Origin: the human T2T-CHM13v2.0 reference genome, Homo sapiens
Length of the DNA: 64,000 nt
Assembly (NCBI RefSeq): GCF_009914755.1
Contig: NC_060929.1
Reading direction: 5' to 3' (one strand)
Both the position numbers and the translations under genes were made by a program. Of this stretch, positions 25,558-42,159 are shown piece by piece. Positions within the stretch are counted from its first letter, which is position 1, and the number at the start of each line of letters is the position of its first letter. The notes beneath the pieces are model-generated. The model saw only the letters and a program-made list of their open reading frames with translations, was not told where the DNA came from and searched no databases.

Positions 25558-26320
25558 CATGGTCAAGGCATAAGGAAAGTAAACTATCATTTAAAGAGTA
25601 CATAAGCAGGCCCCTCTGAACACTCATAAGTAGATTGAGCTGACACCCTTGAAATAGTCCTCAGGAAAACCAAACCACCAGGGGCTTTATTCTCCATCCA
25701 CAGTGATGCAGAACTTTCTAGCCATACGTGACACCAAGCCTGAGCAATGGGAACTACTGAAAAGAGTTCCAGTAAGAGTAAAATATAAAAGATATTTCAT
25801 CAGCATGAGCTGTAGCATAGAAAAATGGACTTGCCTGAGTGTGATTCTAGGGACAAAGATGCTTATACATCAGAGAGCACAAGTTCTGTGCCATTCAATG
25901 TGAAGTTGAATCCTACTTTTCCTAAGAAGCTTCCCTATCTCCACACTTCTGGGAGCAGGTCTGGGCTCATACTCATACCTAGAGAGCCCCTGGTTTCTTT
26001 ACAAGAAGTCTCCAACTCCTTCTCAGAACCCTACAAATCCAGGGAAGAGTGACCATTGCTTAGCCTCAGATTTCCTGTGTTGAATTGCACGTCCACACTG
26101 AGTCAGCTCAGGGACCTTGTGCAAGGCACCTAACCTTGTTTCCTCATCTTGTACATAAGAGTAACAGGACCTACCATTGATACAGGTAAATCGGAAAATC
26201 ATTCAAGTTAGTCCTCACAGAAAAAGTGGATCCACTGCAAAGTTACTTAGTCACTACCTAAACAAACACATTGTAAAGGTATTTATTTTCAAATCCACTT
26301 CGCCAGCCACCTTTTAGAGA

Positions 26321-26500
26321 CCAGAGCTTCTCATATTTTAGAATGCATCAGAATTACCTGGAGGGTTTCTTAAAACACAGATTGATGAGCCCCATCTCTG
26401 GATTTTCTGATTTTAATGGGGCCGGAGAATTGGCTTTCTAGGAAGTTTCCAGAGAACTCTGATATTGCTGGTTTGGGGACCACACATTGAGATCCGCCGT
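26321..26500. mobile_element. MER5A DNA transposon
   Basis: gcatcagaattacctggagggtttcttaaaacacagattg...ggaccacacattgaga. Confidence 0.8.
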
Positions 26501-28142
26501 TATATAGGTGATTAGCTTTGTTAAATATTCTCTCTATTAGATAAACTCCTTTGTTCTAAATAAGTTAAGATCAGGTTAAAGTCTATTAATCTATTTATGA
26601 CTTCATTCAAATAACTCATTTGAATGTATAAGCAAAAATATACTTTCCAAGGCTCTTTTAGCAGTCGACTCTTTTGAATGGGAAATTCGAGAAAGAAAAA
26701 GGGTAACAAATTTAGGATATGGATATGAATTTGATCTTTATACATAGCCATCACCCAATCTTGCTGAACTTTGGGTATCAATTATGGCTTGTTTTATGTC
26801 TATTGTTTTTATTTACAAAGCCAAAATGAAAAACTGGGACTCGCTATGTTTTTGGAATTATAAGGCTGTGGAACAGATGGTCTGATCAAGGGCCTAGCGG
26901 GCTTTTCTTCACTTTCTGCAGAGTACCAGCTGCAAGGACTTCTGAGATCACAGGGAGAAAGAAAATCTCATCCCCTTGATGGAAAATGAAAATCCCTGTA
27001 GCATTTATGAGACTTGGAGAGGAAGTGGCTGTTCACTTCATGATACAGAGGAGTACATGGGGCAAGAACCCAAAACTCTAAGCCTGCTTTCCATCATGTT
27101 ACACACAGAGAAGGGACACAGACATGCCAGATAGCCTATATTGGATACAGATGTCCCGAAAGGAGCAAGTTTGTTCTGTTCAGCTGCCACGGCAACACCA
27201 GCTGCTTATGAAATTATGAGGAGAGAGGGGTGAGGGGGGTTACGTGTTCAGACATATATTTACAGTAATTTTACAAACCTCATTATTTCCAAAGAAGAGC
27301 AAGATGAAAGCAGCCTCTTTATAAGCCAGACTCACCAACTAGGCCTACCATCCCCCCTCCCTTGAGCACCATTACTGCAATATACGTGCGCTAAATGGAG
27401 AATTGGCCAATTATTCAGAATGTCCAAGAAAAGTCCTCTTTGATTCAATCAAGTGTCTGCTTTAGTAGACAGATATAATTTATATAAATGGAATTGTATC
27501 TCATCCCCTTATCAAAGAAGAGGGGCCTAGACTTCTTGTCTGAAAGTGACATCTGGCTGGCATCTTTTGAAAAAACATCCCCCACAATCCTCTAAAATTT
27601 TGTTTCACTTTTTGTAAGGTTCTTGACAACAATTGATTAATCCAATCATTAATCAATTAATAAAGACAAAACACCTCTGAAAACTAGAACAGATGGTTAA
27701 GGTCTTCCATAATTTGAGGGAATTTCCAATGACTATAAAACTGAGGGAAACTGGTGTAGTGTCCGCTTCTGGCTCAGAAAGGCAGGGATGATACCAGTCA
27801 GAAAACTGGCCCATAGTTTCCCATCTACGTGGAAATGCTAGATGAGGCACTCGATATGATTGTGTAGATTTGGTAGTTACTTTATGCTTAAATCGGTTGG
27901 TGTCTGAAACTCCCCACAGACTTCTGAGCAACAAAGGGAGGGATGAAGGTGAACCCCCTGGGAAGGGAGGTCACCTGAGTAAAGTGCTCTGGGCACAGAC
28001 AAGGAAATTGCCCAGAAAGCAGGGCCTACTCGAGAGTATGGTTTCTCCTCTGGTCTGTCTTTTTGTAAAGTTTCAGAAAACCAGGGAGAAAAGATTGCGA
28101 AAATAAGTATAAACATATAGCAGATACATTATATTCATACAA

Positions 28143-28645
28143 TGTGATGGTTAATTTTATGTGTCAACTTTACTGGGTTAAGGAATACCCAGATAGCTGA
28201 TAGAGCATTATTTCTGGATGTGCTTGTGAAGGTGTTTTCAGAAGAGGTTCACATTCGAATCAATCGACTAAGAAGATCCACCTTTATTAACGTGGGGGCG
28301 GGGGGCATATCAAGGGCCTGCCTGAATAAAACAAAAAGGCAGAGGAAGAGTGACTTCTCTCTTTTCTTGAGTTGGGACGTCATGTTCTCCTGCCCTCAAA
28401 CACTGGAGCGCCTGGTTGTCAGATTTTGCTGCTCCAGACTTACACCAGCAGTCCCCAACACTTAGTTCTCAGGCCTTTGTTCTTGGTCTAGGAGTTTAAA
28501 ACATCAGCTTCCCTGGTTCTCAGAGCTTCAAACTGGGACTAAAATACACTACTGGCTTCCCTGATTCTCCGTCTTGCATTTGACATATCGTGAGACGTCT
28601 GGGCATCCTTAATCAAATGAGCCAATTCCCAGAAGAAATCTACTC
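28143..28645 (+). mobile_element. MLT2 (B-like, ERVL) LTR lacking its 3' terminus
   Basis: tgtgatggttaattttatgtgtcaactt start; ends at tgagccaattccc before the microsatellite. Confidence 0.88.
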
Positions 28646-28795
28646 ATATGTATGTATATGAGTACATATAGATACTCATACACACACACAAGTATACACA
28701 CACACATATGAGATTGTATGTGTGTGTGTATATATATATACATATTTTATATGCATATATAATGCCTATATATGTAGAGAGAGAGTGTGTGTGTG
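28646..28795. repeat. Compound CA/TA/TG/GA microsatellite
   Basis: Read directly. Confidence 0.85.
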
Positions 28796-29097
28796 ATTTA
28801 AGAGATTTAAGGAACTGGCTTACACAATTATAGGGCTGCCAAGGCTATAGGGCAGGCTGGCAGGTGAAAACTCAGGTGTGATTTCTATACTACAGTCTTA
28901 AGAGATAATTCCTTCCCCTCTGAGAAACCTAATTCAGCTCTTAAGGACTTCAACTGATTAGATGAGGCCCACTCACATTATGGAGGGAAATCTGCTTTAC
29001 TTAAAGTCAACTGATTGTAGATGCTCATCACACCTACAAAATGCCTTCACAGCAACATCACAGCCTTGCCAACTTGACATATAAAATTAGCCATCGA
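28796..29097 (-). mobile_element. MLT2 (D-like) LTR, reverse orientation
   Basis: ttaaggaactggcttacacaatta...gccaacttgacatataaaattagccatc (reverse of the MLT2 start). Confidence 0.8.
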
Positions 29098-29119
29098 AGG
29101 AGGGTTAGTAAAGGGACTA

Positions 29120-31790
<2,671 letters not shown>

Positions 31791-31819
31791 TATTTACATA
31801 TGTGTGGACAGAGTAAGGC

Positions 31820-32213
31820 ACTATGGTTTGAATACTTGTGTCCCCTCTGAAATCCATGTTGAAACTTCATCCCCAATGCAACACTATTAAGAAGTGTGGC
31901 CTTTGAGAGGTGATTTGGTCATGAAGGCTCTGCCCTCATTAGTGCTCTTATAAAAGGGCTAGAGAGAACTAGCTCAGCCCCCTTTTCACTTCCACCCTTC
32001 TGCCATGTCAGGACACAACACTTGTTTCCTCCGGAGGAACCAGCAGCAAGGTGCCATCTTGGAAGCAGTGAACAGGCTTTCAGCAGACACCAAACCCACT
32101 AGTGCCCTGATCTTGGACTTCCACCCTCTAGAACTGTGAGTAGTACATTTCTTTTCCTTATAAATTACCCAGTCTCAGGTATTTCTTTATAGGAGCAGAA
32201 ACAGACTAAGACA
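31820..32213 (+). mobile_element. MST (MaLR) solo LTR
   Basis: ctatggtttgaat...gccatcttggaagca...aaattacccagtctcaggtatt...gactaagaca. Confidence 0.88.
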
Positions 32214-32990
32214 CAGGGAATCCAAAAATGATAGTAGGGGTTAAAAACAGGGGTGCTATCATTACCTGTAGGCCTGAAAGGGGAAAGTTTGGGGAGTCTG
32301 AAGTTACTAGAATCTGGACAGAAAGCATCGTGTGATAGGGGTGCCTTAGGAGAATTGTGGCCTTGAGTAAAGTGCCCAGCAACCTCAGGAAGGGAGTCAG
32401 AGGAGATAAATCCCAACCATTCTCTCCTCCCTTACTGTAATCTCTTGCTGGAGATTTCTATTAGCTGAGGCCAACTGAAAACCAGAAGCCAATGATGCCC
32501 CAAGAACTTCAGAGCAGCAGGAGGCAAAATAGAAAATGTGTGCAGGTCTTTGGAGAGAAAACACATTGGCAGAGCCAGAAAACAATCTACATCCATCCTG
32601 TAATTTCACAATGGATCTGATTATGCCTCAAGTTGCTGGAAGATGTGCTAACATTAAACCCATGATTAAATGAAGCAGAAGGGAACATCATCCTGAAGAC
32701 TCAGAGAGACCAAAACAAATTCTTTTTTTTATTTGCTCTGGAAGCCACAAGAAAACTTTGGAAATCTGGCATCACCTAATGGATGTATGCAAATATGATC
32801 CTGATAGAAAAAAAAAGAAAAAATTAGAAGGGGTAAAAAGACTGAGAAAAAAACGACAACACAGTTATATGTACAGCAGATGAATAGGATGGGGAATTAT
32901 TACAAGGAAGTTACCAATATAATTGCAAAGTTAAATTTTCTACTTGAGGCAGTAAAATACAGAATTGAAAATGTAGTAAAAGTAAAAGTG

Positions 32991-33297
32991 GGCCGGGCGC
33001 AGTGGCTCATGCCTGTAATCGCAGCACTTTGGGAGGCCGAGGCGGGTGGATCACTTGAGGCCAGAGTTCGAGACCAGCCTGGCCATCATGGTGAAACCCA
33101 TCTCTACTAAAAATACAAAAATTAGTTGAGTGTGGTGGTGCATGCCTGTAATCCCGAGGCTGAGGCATGAGAATCTCTTGAATCCACGAGGTGGAGGTTG
33201 CAGTGAGCCGAGACTGCGCTACTGCACTCTAGCCTGGGTGACAGAGCAGAAACTCTGTCTCAAATAAATAAATAAAAATAAAATAAAATAAATAAAA
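32991..33297 (+). mobile_element. Alu (AluS)
   Basis: ggccgggcgcagtggctc start and (TAAAA)n tail. Confidence 0.95.
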
Positions 33298-34899
33298 GTA
33301 ATATGGAAGAGAACCTCGAGAAACTGTGGAAGCAAAAATCAATGGCATATTTGAGAAAACAACTTTCTTTCTTATACACTTTGCTGAGTTTCAGTTTTAA
33401 ATTGTAAGGATACGAATTTAAAGGGTTTACTGCTTTCCAGGAAAAAAAAAATCAATGGCAAGAAGCACCTACATCATAGCAGAAGTTTTGAGTTTTAAAA
33501 GTGAAGAAAAATTTCACAAGCCTTTGGAAAAGTTTGGATGAAAGTTGTGTTTGGTAGTTGATCTTCTCCTCTGCAACTCTAAGTACCAGAAGACAACTTG
33601 CCACATACACAAAGCAAAATATGCAGCGTGAGCATTTTATCACTTGACAATTTTAACGTTGTCAAGTTAAAGAGAAAGACTTATACATCTAGTTGCTCAG
33701 AAAATTACCCTTGCATTTTGAATAGTTTTAATTGGATGAGAGATGACTCAAAATTTAAATCTAACATGTAGTCAGCAAACTCTAATGTTCTTTACAAAAT
33801 AACCTCAAACACGTTTGTCTGACTCATCTTTTTTATCCCATCACTTACAGACAACTGGGCATGGAAGTGAAGGGTATAAAAATGTTGTTAAGGTTTCCCT
33901 TCCTCAGCATTCATCCTAAATTTAGAATTGAGAAGGTTTGTGTGTTATCAGTCCGTGCTGCAACTTGGAGTGAAGCTTGACCCTAAAGCGTCCCCTCAGT
34001 TTTAACTCATTTAGAAACAGAAATGTGTTTTTATGATCATCTTAAAGTCATGGTTGATGACACCTGAAACAATCATTGTTTTTATTTTGTACAGGCCACT
34101 GCCAACATGGCAAAACTTTTGGGTATTTGGGACATTGAATTAGAAGGAGTACTAAAAGTTTTATTTGTATCCTTTAGAAGCAAAAATGTACAAGTAATAT
34201 GATACCCAATTGCACCACAAGTTACTTGAGTAATCATTTTGGGCCTCTTTAAAATTCATGTTGAAGACAGCAGTGATTGGAGATTTTAAATTAGGGAAGC
34301 CTAATAAATCCACTCAGAGGCTGATATAAGCTGTGACCAATCAGTGCTTTACAAAATTTTTCATATAGGACCTATAAATGTCTTCTTATTAGTGATGCTT
34401 AACAATTAGTGCACATTGTATAATTTCAACTGTCTCTTAAGAAGTGTAGAAACAGGTCATAAGAAAATAAACTCAAAATGTTAACAGATGTGTACTTTCA
34501 AGGCTTTGAGTATGGATTTTGTAAGCATTTCTAATGTTTCTATAATGAACATTTATAATTTTTAAATCTGAAAACTTGAAAAATTCAGCATATACAATAC
34601 GTTATATAATTTAACACAACCACATAAATATTCACAGCACAATATGGAAAGAAAATAAATCAAAGTGTTGACAGCATATATCTCTAAGTTGTAGAAACAT
34701 ATACAATTTATTTTTTTTATTTTTGCAATGTTTTAAACATTTTGATAATAATCATGTTTTAGATTTATAAGGGAATAAATGAAGGAAACCTGGAAGCATT
34801 TTAACTGTGATTTATCTTTGTTCTTCAAGGAACAACTATATGAAAGAATATCCCACATGTTTCACTGAGGAGTTTTATGACCCAATAATAATAATAATT

Positions 34900-35150
34900 A
34901 CACTCATAAACACAATGACAAGAAGTACCATTTATATGAAGGGTGTTCTGTGCCAAGCATTGTCTAAGCATTTACATTCTTAGCCTTATTTTATCACTAA
35001 AACAATCCTATGAGGTGTGTTACTAGTTTGATAAACATTTCACAGATGAGAATTCAGGCTAAAAGGGAGCAAATGGGAGTAAATAACTTGTCCAACAGCT
35101 AGTGAAGAGTGAGCCCAATGTTTAGACCAAAATCTGTGATCTAAAAGCAA
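34900..35150 (-). mobile_element. MIR
   Basis: tgtgccaagcattgtctaagcatttacatt...aacaatcctatgagg...acagatgagaa...aaataacttgtccaa. Confidence 0.7.
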
Positions 35151-36039
35151 AAGGATAAAGATTAAAATTCAATATATGGAAAAGGCTGTCTCCCACCAAG
35201 GTCAAGACTTGTTTCCCTGAACCAGATTAGCTTCCAAGGGCAAGGGTCATCTTCCAGGGTGGGCACAGCCCAACTCATGAACGTCTGACTTTTACACTTT
35301 CACATGGTCTTTGCCTGCCCACAAACTCCCCACGTAAATGACCTGCTCACTCAGCAATCCTGGCTGGCCCCATTTCTACCAGTGTTTGTGTAAGTTTCAC
35401 CAGTCAAAAACACAGAAAAACAAATCGAGATCAAGACCAAGACAGAGAGGGAGAAACCCTGCCCGGGATCTCAGTGCAGTCAGCACCCTTTCCTAACTTC
35501 CTGGAGCAGGTCAATCATCCTGTGATGTGTTATCTCAGCTCCATTCTAGTTAGCCCTTCTCATCCTTGTCAGTGTACATTTATTCGTGAAATAATTTTTA
35601 AAGTAAAGGATGTCTTTCATACTGACTGTTAGTACCATGAGGACCAGAACCAGGAATCTTTTTATCTGTATCCTGGTGGGTCTAGTACAGCCCCATTTTA
35701 TGCCTGGTTTTCTGGTATATTTATTAATAGTCTCCCCTCTCACTCTCAAACAGATCTGGTTTGGATAATGAATTAGATGGTAAGCCTGTTTCGGCTTAAG
35801 AGTATCTTCACTGCCTAGGGTACCTGGCACATTTGGGGAGTTATCTACACATATGTTGAATCAATGAACTAATGAATGAAAACTCCCACTCCTGTCCACT
35901 GCCACCTGGGAACTCAAGTTCCAGTTGATCATTGTTTCCAGTGCTAAGTGAGAGCCTTCCATGGGAAGGTTTTGTTGAGTTGGTTCTCATGATGGTGAAT
36001 TGAAATGAGACATCTAGTCCCCTCGTCACATCCAGTACT

Positions 36040-36735
36040 TGTCAGGGCTCAACCAGAAAGGTACAACCATATAAAATTATGGGATTGGGTATTTATTTAT
36101 TCATTCATTTATTTATTTTTTGAGATGGAGTCTTGCTCTGTCACCCAGGCTGGAGTCCAGTGGCCCAATCTCGGCTTACTGCAACCTCCCCCTCCCAGGT
36201 TCAAAGCATTCTCCTTCTTGGCCTCCTGAGTAGCTGGGATCACAGGCACCTGCCACCAGACCTGGCTAATTTTTGTATTTTTAGTAGACACGGGGTTTCA
36301 CCATGTTGGCCAAGCTGGTCTCAAATTCCTGACTTCAGGTGATCCACCAGCCTCAGCCTCCCCAAGTGCTGGGATTACAGGCTTGAGCCACCACGCCCAG
36401 CCTGGGATTGGGTATTTCATAGGGGAATTAAATCTCACACAATTGTGGAAGAAGCTGGGAAGTGAAGGTCCAGGAGAGATTGGGTGACTAAGGGACTTGG
36501 TGAAGCTGTGAAGCCACAAGCGTGTCATCGCCAAAGTGAGACCATAAAAGGAAGCTCATGGCAAGCATGTGCGAGTCCCCACAGCCTCCAGATAATGACG
36601 GCTGGGAGTTCACTGCTGCCTTCCAAAGTTCACATCAGTTCATCTGTGCTCAAGACACCTCAAGACCATGCAGGGAATGGGAATCTGGAACACAGGGTTT
36701 TTGTATAACCAAGTTGACATAGCACAAACCAGCAT
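36040..36735 (-). mobile_element. Old ERVL-type LTR (subfamily uncertain) interrupted by an Alu
   Basis: tgtcagggctcaaccagaaa start and ccaagttgacatagcaca end resemble reverse MLT2/ERVL LTR termini. Confidence 0.45.
36095..36403 (-). mobile_element. Alu (AluS)
   Basis: Reverse Alu; TSD tgggattgggtattt on both sides. Confidence 0.95.
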
Positions 36736-37614
36736 GTCTTTCCTCTGTCCCTCTGTCCTTGCATGTACACTACTCCTTTTATCTGTGGCACTCTTGGTCT
36801 CCCTCAGTATTTCACAGGCTTCTCAAGTGGTCCTGCATCCTGGTCCTAAGATGAAATGTCCCAAGTGGCTGGCTCCAATTCTGAGCTTGCCTCTGAAAAA
36901 GGAAGCAATATTTGTTCACGTTCTTTGTGTACCCAAACCCTCATTATTGTTGTTCTTTATCTTGCAAGGCTTAATTGAGGAAAAGGACTGAGGGTTAGGA
37001 GGGCAGTACTTCTCCTGGAAAAGAAAACAAACCCTTCCATTTATGATGGTGAGATCAAAATTATGCTTACACTGTAGCACCTGATTGTTTCTGCAAGTTT
37101 TTGGGGTGACTAATCACTGTGTAAATATTGCTTTTATCAATAGGGAGGGAAAATAATTCCTGAGTTTTTAATCAACTTCTAGGGAGTGAAATAAGAAGCG
37201 CAGGCACTGTGTCTTTAGGGACCCCAGTCCTGGTTAAAGCTGCCAAACCTCAGATCATCAGATCATAAGAAATGTCCACCCAACCTTTCCTTGGCTATGC
37301 TGTCAGATATCCAGTTAGAATTGGGTGGGGAGAACCAAAGCCAGTAGACAAGCATGCAGGAGAGAGCCAGACAGCACAGCACAGATGACGATTTGATAGG
37401 CAAGTTTATTATTAGGAGTATGTGGCCGTGAGGTTGTATTCAAAATCACATAGACAGGAAATTACAATGACCAACTGAGAACAAGTGAGAGTTCAAAAAC
37501 ATGGGTACAATTTGTGACAGCAATAAGGTGTAAGAGCTGCAAATCAGACACAGCATCTGGATTCATTGTCTGCTGTTGTCTTCCTTTATCCTCAGGGCCT
37601 ATTGTGATCTTGAT

Positions 37615-37762
37615 CCCTCTCTGTCTCTTTCTCTATGTCTATCATGCTCTTCTCTTTCTCTCTCACTTATCTCTCTCTCTGTGTCTCTTTCTCTCTCTCT
37701 CTTCTGTCTCTTTATCTCTTTCTTGCTTATCTCTATCTGTCTCTTTATCTCTCCCCTCCCTC
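37615..37762. repeat. Degenerate (CT)n polypyrimidine tract
   Basis: Read directly. Confidence 0.85.
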
Positions 37763-39599
37763 CAGCAACACACTCACCATTATTTAAATGCTGATTCAGA
37801 GTCTGAGAATAGAATAAGATAGTCAACAAACCAACCCATACAATATTTAGCCAAATACATGCTCCCACCCAATAAAAGCCATTTGAGGGTGCCCTGCCTC
37901 TGTAAGACTATTGATGACACTTTGATTTACCATATTGCATCTACTTATCCCACTGTATGCCAGGCAGTTTGACTGTGTAAACTACCAGGATCACACTTGG
38001 TTGATCCAAGTTTGGGACAGTTGTATTTACAAATATACAAATATACAAATTCTCTAGAATTTCCTAGAGGAAATTATCTGTCCCAGTTTGTCTCTGTAAG
38101 ATGAAACTCTCTGTCTTATCAACACAGACTGAGTGTTGATGTCATGACACTTGGTCCATGTTCTATAAATCTCCTTTCTTCATTCTGTGTCTTACCAAAA
38201 CACCTCATCTGCTCTTCTTTTCTGATATCCAGCCTTTGCTATCATATGCCGTGATAATCTGTGTCATATCTTCTCTCTCCACTCAGATATAAACTTCCTT
38301 TAGCTCAGAATTTGTATCAGACTTAACTTTTTATTTATCATAGATATCTGCTAAGTATTCCTGAATAAATCAAGCAATAAATTTTAGGATCTTTACATTG
38401 CTTGACAATTCAATTTCATTACTGCTCTAGCCATTTATGTTATGTTTTCCCTAGGAGTTTATGACTTCCTTATATTTAGTCCCACTTTTCAGTAATGGAG
38501 CCCTTTAAAATAAGTTTTCCTATTAATTTTTAAAAGAACATCACTGATGTCAAATGTATTACCTTGTTATAGGGTAAAGTTATTAAGCTGCCAGTGAGGG
38601 GTTAGATGCACGATGTGTCATAGTGGATAAAATATTTTCATTATTTTAGGCAGACATGTGTTCTCCCATTTACTAAGAGTGTGACTTTGCAAATCCTCAT
38701 TTGCAGTGTGGGTAATAACACTCATCTCTTGGATTGGCTGTGGAGAAAAAAAATAAAATGCATGTGGAAAACAGCACACAGTCCACACTCAATTCATGAT
38801 TATTTGAAACATTTTTTTCTAATTTTCACACTAAATTCATTAATTTAAAAAATCATGAAACTTTATAACTTGGAGTAAATACATTAGAAAGCACCTTGGG
38901 GGCCTTTTAAACTCTAGGATATTAAGTTACATATTATGTTTCAGGAAGGAAGGTATGCTTGGGGTAGATACACATCTAACTTTCTAATGTGACATCGAAG
39001 AGAAAACCCTGCCCTTTCACAGGATGCCAAGAGGTCTCTGTGGCTGAGAGTGAGTGACTGTCTTGCACCATCAATAATGTGTAATCCCATGCAATAGGGA
39101 GCCGACACGATAACTTTACATCCACACCATCACCGCCCTTTTCAAACTCCTGCTCCAGCTTTCTGTGAACACACCCCAGAGAGATAAGTAGAGTAGATGC
39201 CATTTTTATAGCATATCCAGGAGGCCAAGAACTCAAGAGGTTTGAACATACTAGCAGGCCATAAAGTCCCAGATGAAGGTCTTAGTCATGGTGTCATCTG
39301 TCAGCTCACTGGGGCGAATGCCTCGGGGCTCCTGCAGACATGGGGTGGAGTCACAGCACACCCTGGAAAAGGGGAGTCCAGAATGAGGCGAAGTGACCTG
39401 GAAGTGCTGTTCTTTCCTTGCTCTGACCCTCCCATCCCCATCTTTCTGTGTAGGATCATGATAGCACAAAGGACATAAAATAGAAGTCTCCCTCACCACA
39501 CTATGTAACTCTGAGACTCGCACATATGAATGTCTCCACAAAGCCTGGTCCTAGTGACTCCAACCAGGAATCTTTCATATTCCTGCACACCTTCCTCTC

Positions 39600-40112
39600 T
39601 GTGACAGCTTTGTGATGTGTCAGTTAACTTGGCTAAACTGCGCTACAGGCCCCACCATTTTCTTTCTATTTAATAGTATGTTTCCGGTTGGGAGGAGCTA
39701 CAAGGGATAATCTCTCAGAAGAGATAAAGGACAGAAGAAAGGCAGTGGCCAATTTGTAGCATACACACACCTTCTCACAAATATTTGATCAAACACTATT
39801 ATGTTCCTCTGAAGGGATTTTTCAGATGTAACTAAAGTCCTTAATCAGTTGACTTTATCAAAATAAGCCTTTAACGAGACATTAGCTCTTCCGTGAGCCC
39901 AGAGACTCCAAACAGCAGCTGAGTCTGCAGTTGTTCCCCTTTTACCCTGTGTTTCCTTGCCTGTTCATGATCTTGCCTTCCTGACTGCCTGTCCTCTGGT
40001 CTTCAGGGCCGCTTAACCAGCTGCACAATTGTAAAGGCAATTCCTCGCAATAAATCTGCATGTAAAAACCACATCTCCTACTGGTTCTGTTTCTCTGTTG
40101 AACGCTGGTATA
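39600..40112 (+). mobile_element. MLT2-family LTR
   Basis: aacttggctaaact...aatcagttgacttt...ctcctactggttctgtttctctg terminus. Confidence 0.7.
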
Positions 40113-40594
40113 CCCCCTCTCAAAGCCCATTGTCCAGTCATTCTCCAAGTTCTGATAATTCTCCCTTCTAAAGTAGTATCTTAATATCACTAGAGATGAC
40201 ATGGCCACCTGGGGAATCCAATTCCAATTTTTACTTCTCCTAGTGCCAATAGAGAGTAATTTATTTCTGCCTGTTCCCACTGTCAATAGCAGAGACCAGA
40301 TGCCATCAGCTCTTACCAGAATGATTAGAAGGGCCTCATATCCTGTACTCAGCAAGCCATTGGTATCCAACCTACATTCTTTGTTGGACAGAGGGCAAAC
40401 TTCCATAAATACAAATCTGAACAAGTCAGCCCCCACTTAAAACCCATCTGTGGTTTCCCACTGGGTGAAGTCTCAGATCTCAAACACGCCCTAAAAGCTT
40501 CTGCACTGCCTAGTCTTTTCCTACCACTCCAGTCTTCTTTCATCCTCACTCCGCCTTTCCACTAGTACCTTGGAAATTTCTCCCGACATTCTCC

Positions 40595-41102
40595 ACAGGG
40601 TAGGCAGAATAATAGTCTTCTGAAGATGTCCATGTCCTAATCTCTGGAACCTCTGGGTATGTTCTGTGATATGGTGAGGTAGAACCAAGGTTGCTGATAA
40701 AATTAAGGTTGCTAATCACCTGACCTTTGCACAAGGAGATGATCCTGGACTATGTGGGTGGTTCCAATGCTGTTACAAGGGTGCTTACTAGTGAATGTGG
40801 AAGCAGGAGAGTCAGAGTCAGAGTTTGGGAGAGATTTGAAGATATTGCACTGCTGGCTTTGGAGATGGAGGAAGGGGCCATGATCCAAGGAATAAAGACG
40901 ATCTCTAAATGCTGGGAAAGCCCAAAAACCAGATTCTTTTACTCAGCCTTCAAAAGGAAAACAATCTTGCAAATATTTTTATTTTAGCCCAATGAGATCT
41001 ATTTTAGACTTCCGACTTATAAAATTTTAGAATAATAAATTTGAATATTTTAAGCTACCAAAGTTTGTAGTAATTGTTAGAACAGCAAAAGGAAACTATT
41101 AT
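40595..41102 (+). mobile_element. MLT1 (D-like) solo LTR
   Basis: ggcagaataat...aagatgtccatgtcctaatc...aattaaggttgctaatca...acagcaaaaggaaacta. Confidence 0.85.
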
Positions 41103-42159
41103 ATCTACAATTGGGAATTCCTGCCAGCAGTAAAATTCCCAAACTGGCAAGATGCTATCTACTTTTTACTTTTTTAAATAAAAATAATTACCATTATACC
41201 CTGATTTTCATGAAAGAAAGAACTTTTCACTTTTCACTTTTTATTTTGAAATAATCAAATTTACAGAAGACTTACAAGAATAAAGAACTCCCATATACAA
41301 TATATCCAGATTCACCAATATTTAACAATTTGCCACATTTCTTTACCCTTCTCTCTTTCTTAATATATATATGCAAAATTGATATATTTATTATTGAAAT
41401 AAAAATTTTAACACAAATTTAGAAGGGGCACAATCTCAGAATTAAGCAAATCCCATATTTTCAATAACTTAGCAATATTGTTCTTACATTTTCTTATTTT
41501 ATCATGGGCTAGTAAAAAACTTCATTATGGAACAGCAGTGGTTCATGGACAAGCATGCATGTAGAAACCACTATCTGAGTAAATGCTTATATATTCTTAT
41601 GCTTACTTTTAAATGACTCATTTTCAGAGAACTCTCATATTCCCACACTAGAGTTGATTCTCCAATTTTGAGTTTATCTTGAAACCTGAACTTCTTGGTG
41701 TCCTCCATAACATTTGTATACAGCCCACGAGACTGTAAGCTCCTTGAGGACAGGAACCATAGGTTTGTCTACCGTAGAGCACATTCTCTTCAAAGTTACA
41801 TTGATGATGTTAAGGAATTGACAAAACAACTGATAAAGTAGAGAATATAAAGTTCATTTTAAAACTATAATTGTATGAATCTCAAATGCAGATGCCAAAC
41901 TCAAAAAGCAACATACAAATAAAGTTGCTATAAATATGAATGTATAAACCTTTGTATATAGAGAGAGTTTCTTTTCTCTTGGATAAATACCTAGGAGTGA
42001 ATGACTGCATCATAAGGTAAATGCATGTTTAGCTTAAGAAACTGCCTAACAGTTTTTCAAAGTGGCTAGAGCATTTAGAACTCCTATCAGAAGTATATGA
42101 AAGTTCCAGATCCTCCATACTTCCCAAATGTAGTAAAAGACATACATATAAGTATATAA

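Noticed and set aside
37514-37868. Ser/Leu-rich and Arg/Glu-rich ORFs
   Set aside because: Translations of the (CT)n low-complexity tract
39942-40436. 164-aa minus-strand ORF
   Set aside because: Partly within an MLT2 LTR and adjoining repeat-like sequence; no recognisable domain or coding bias
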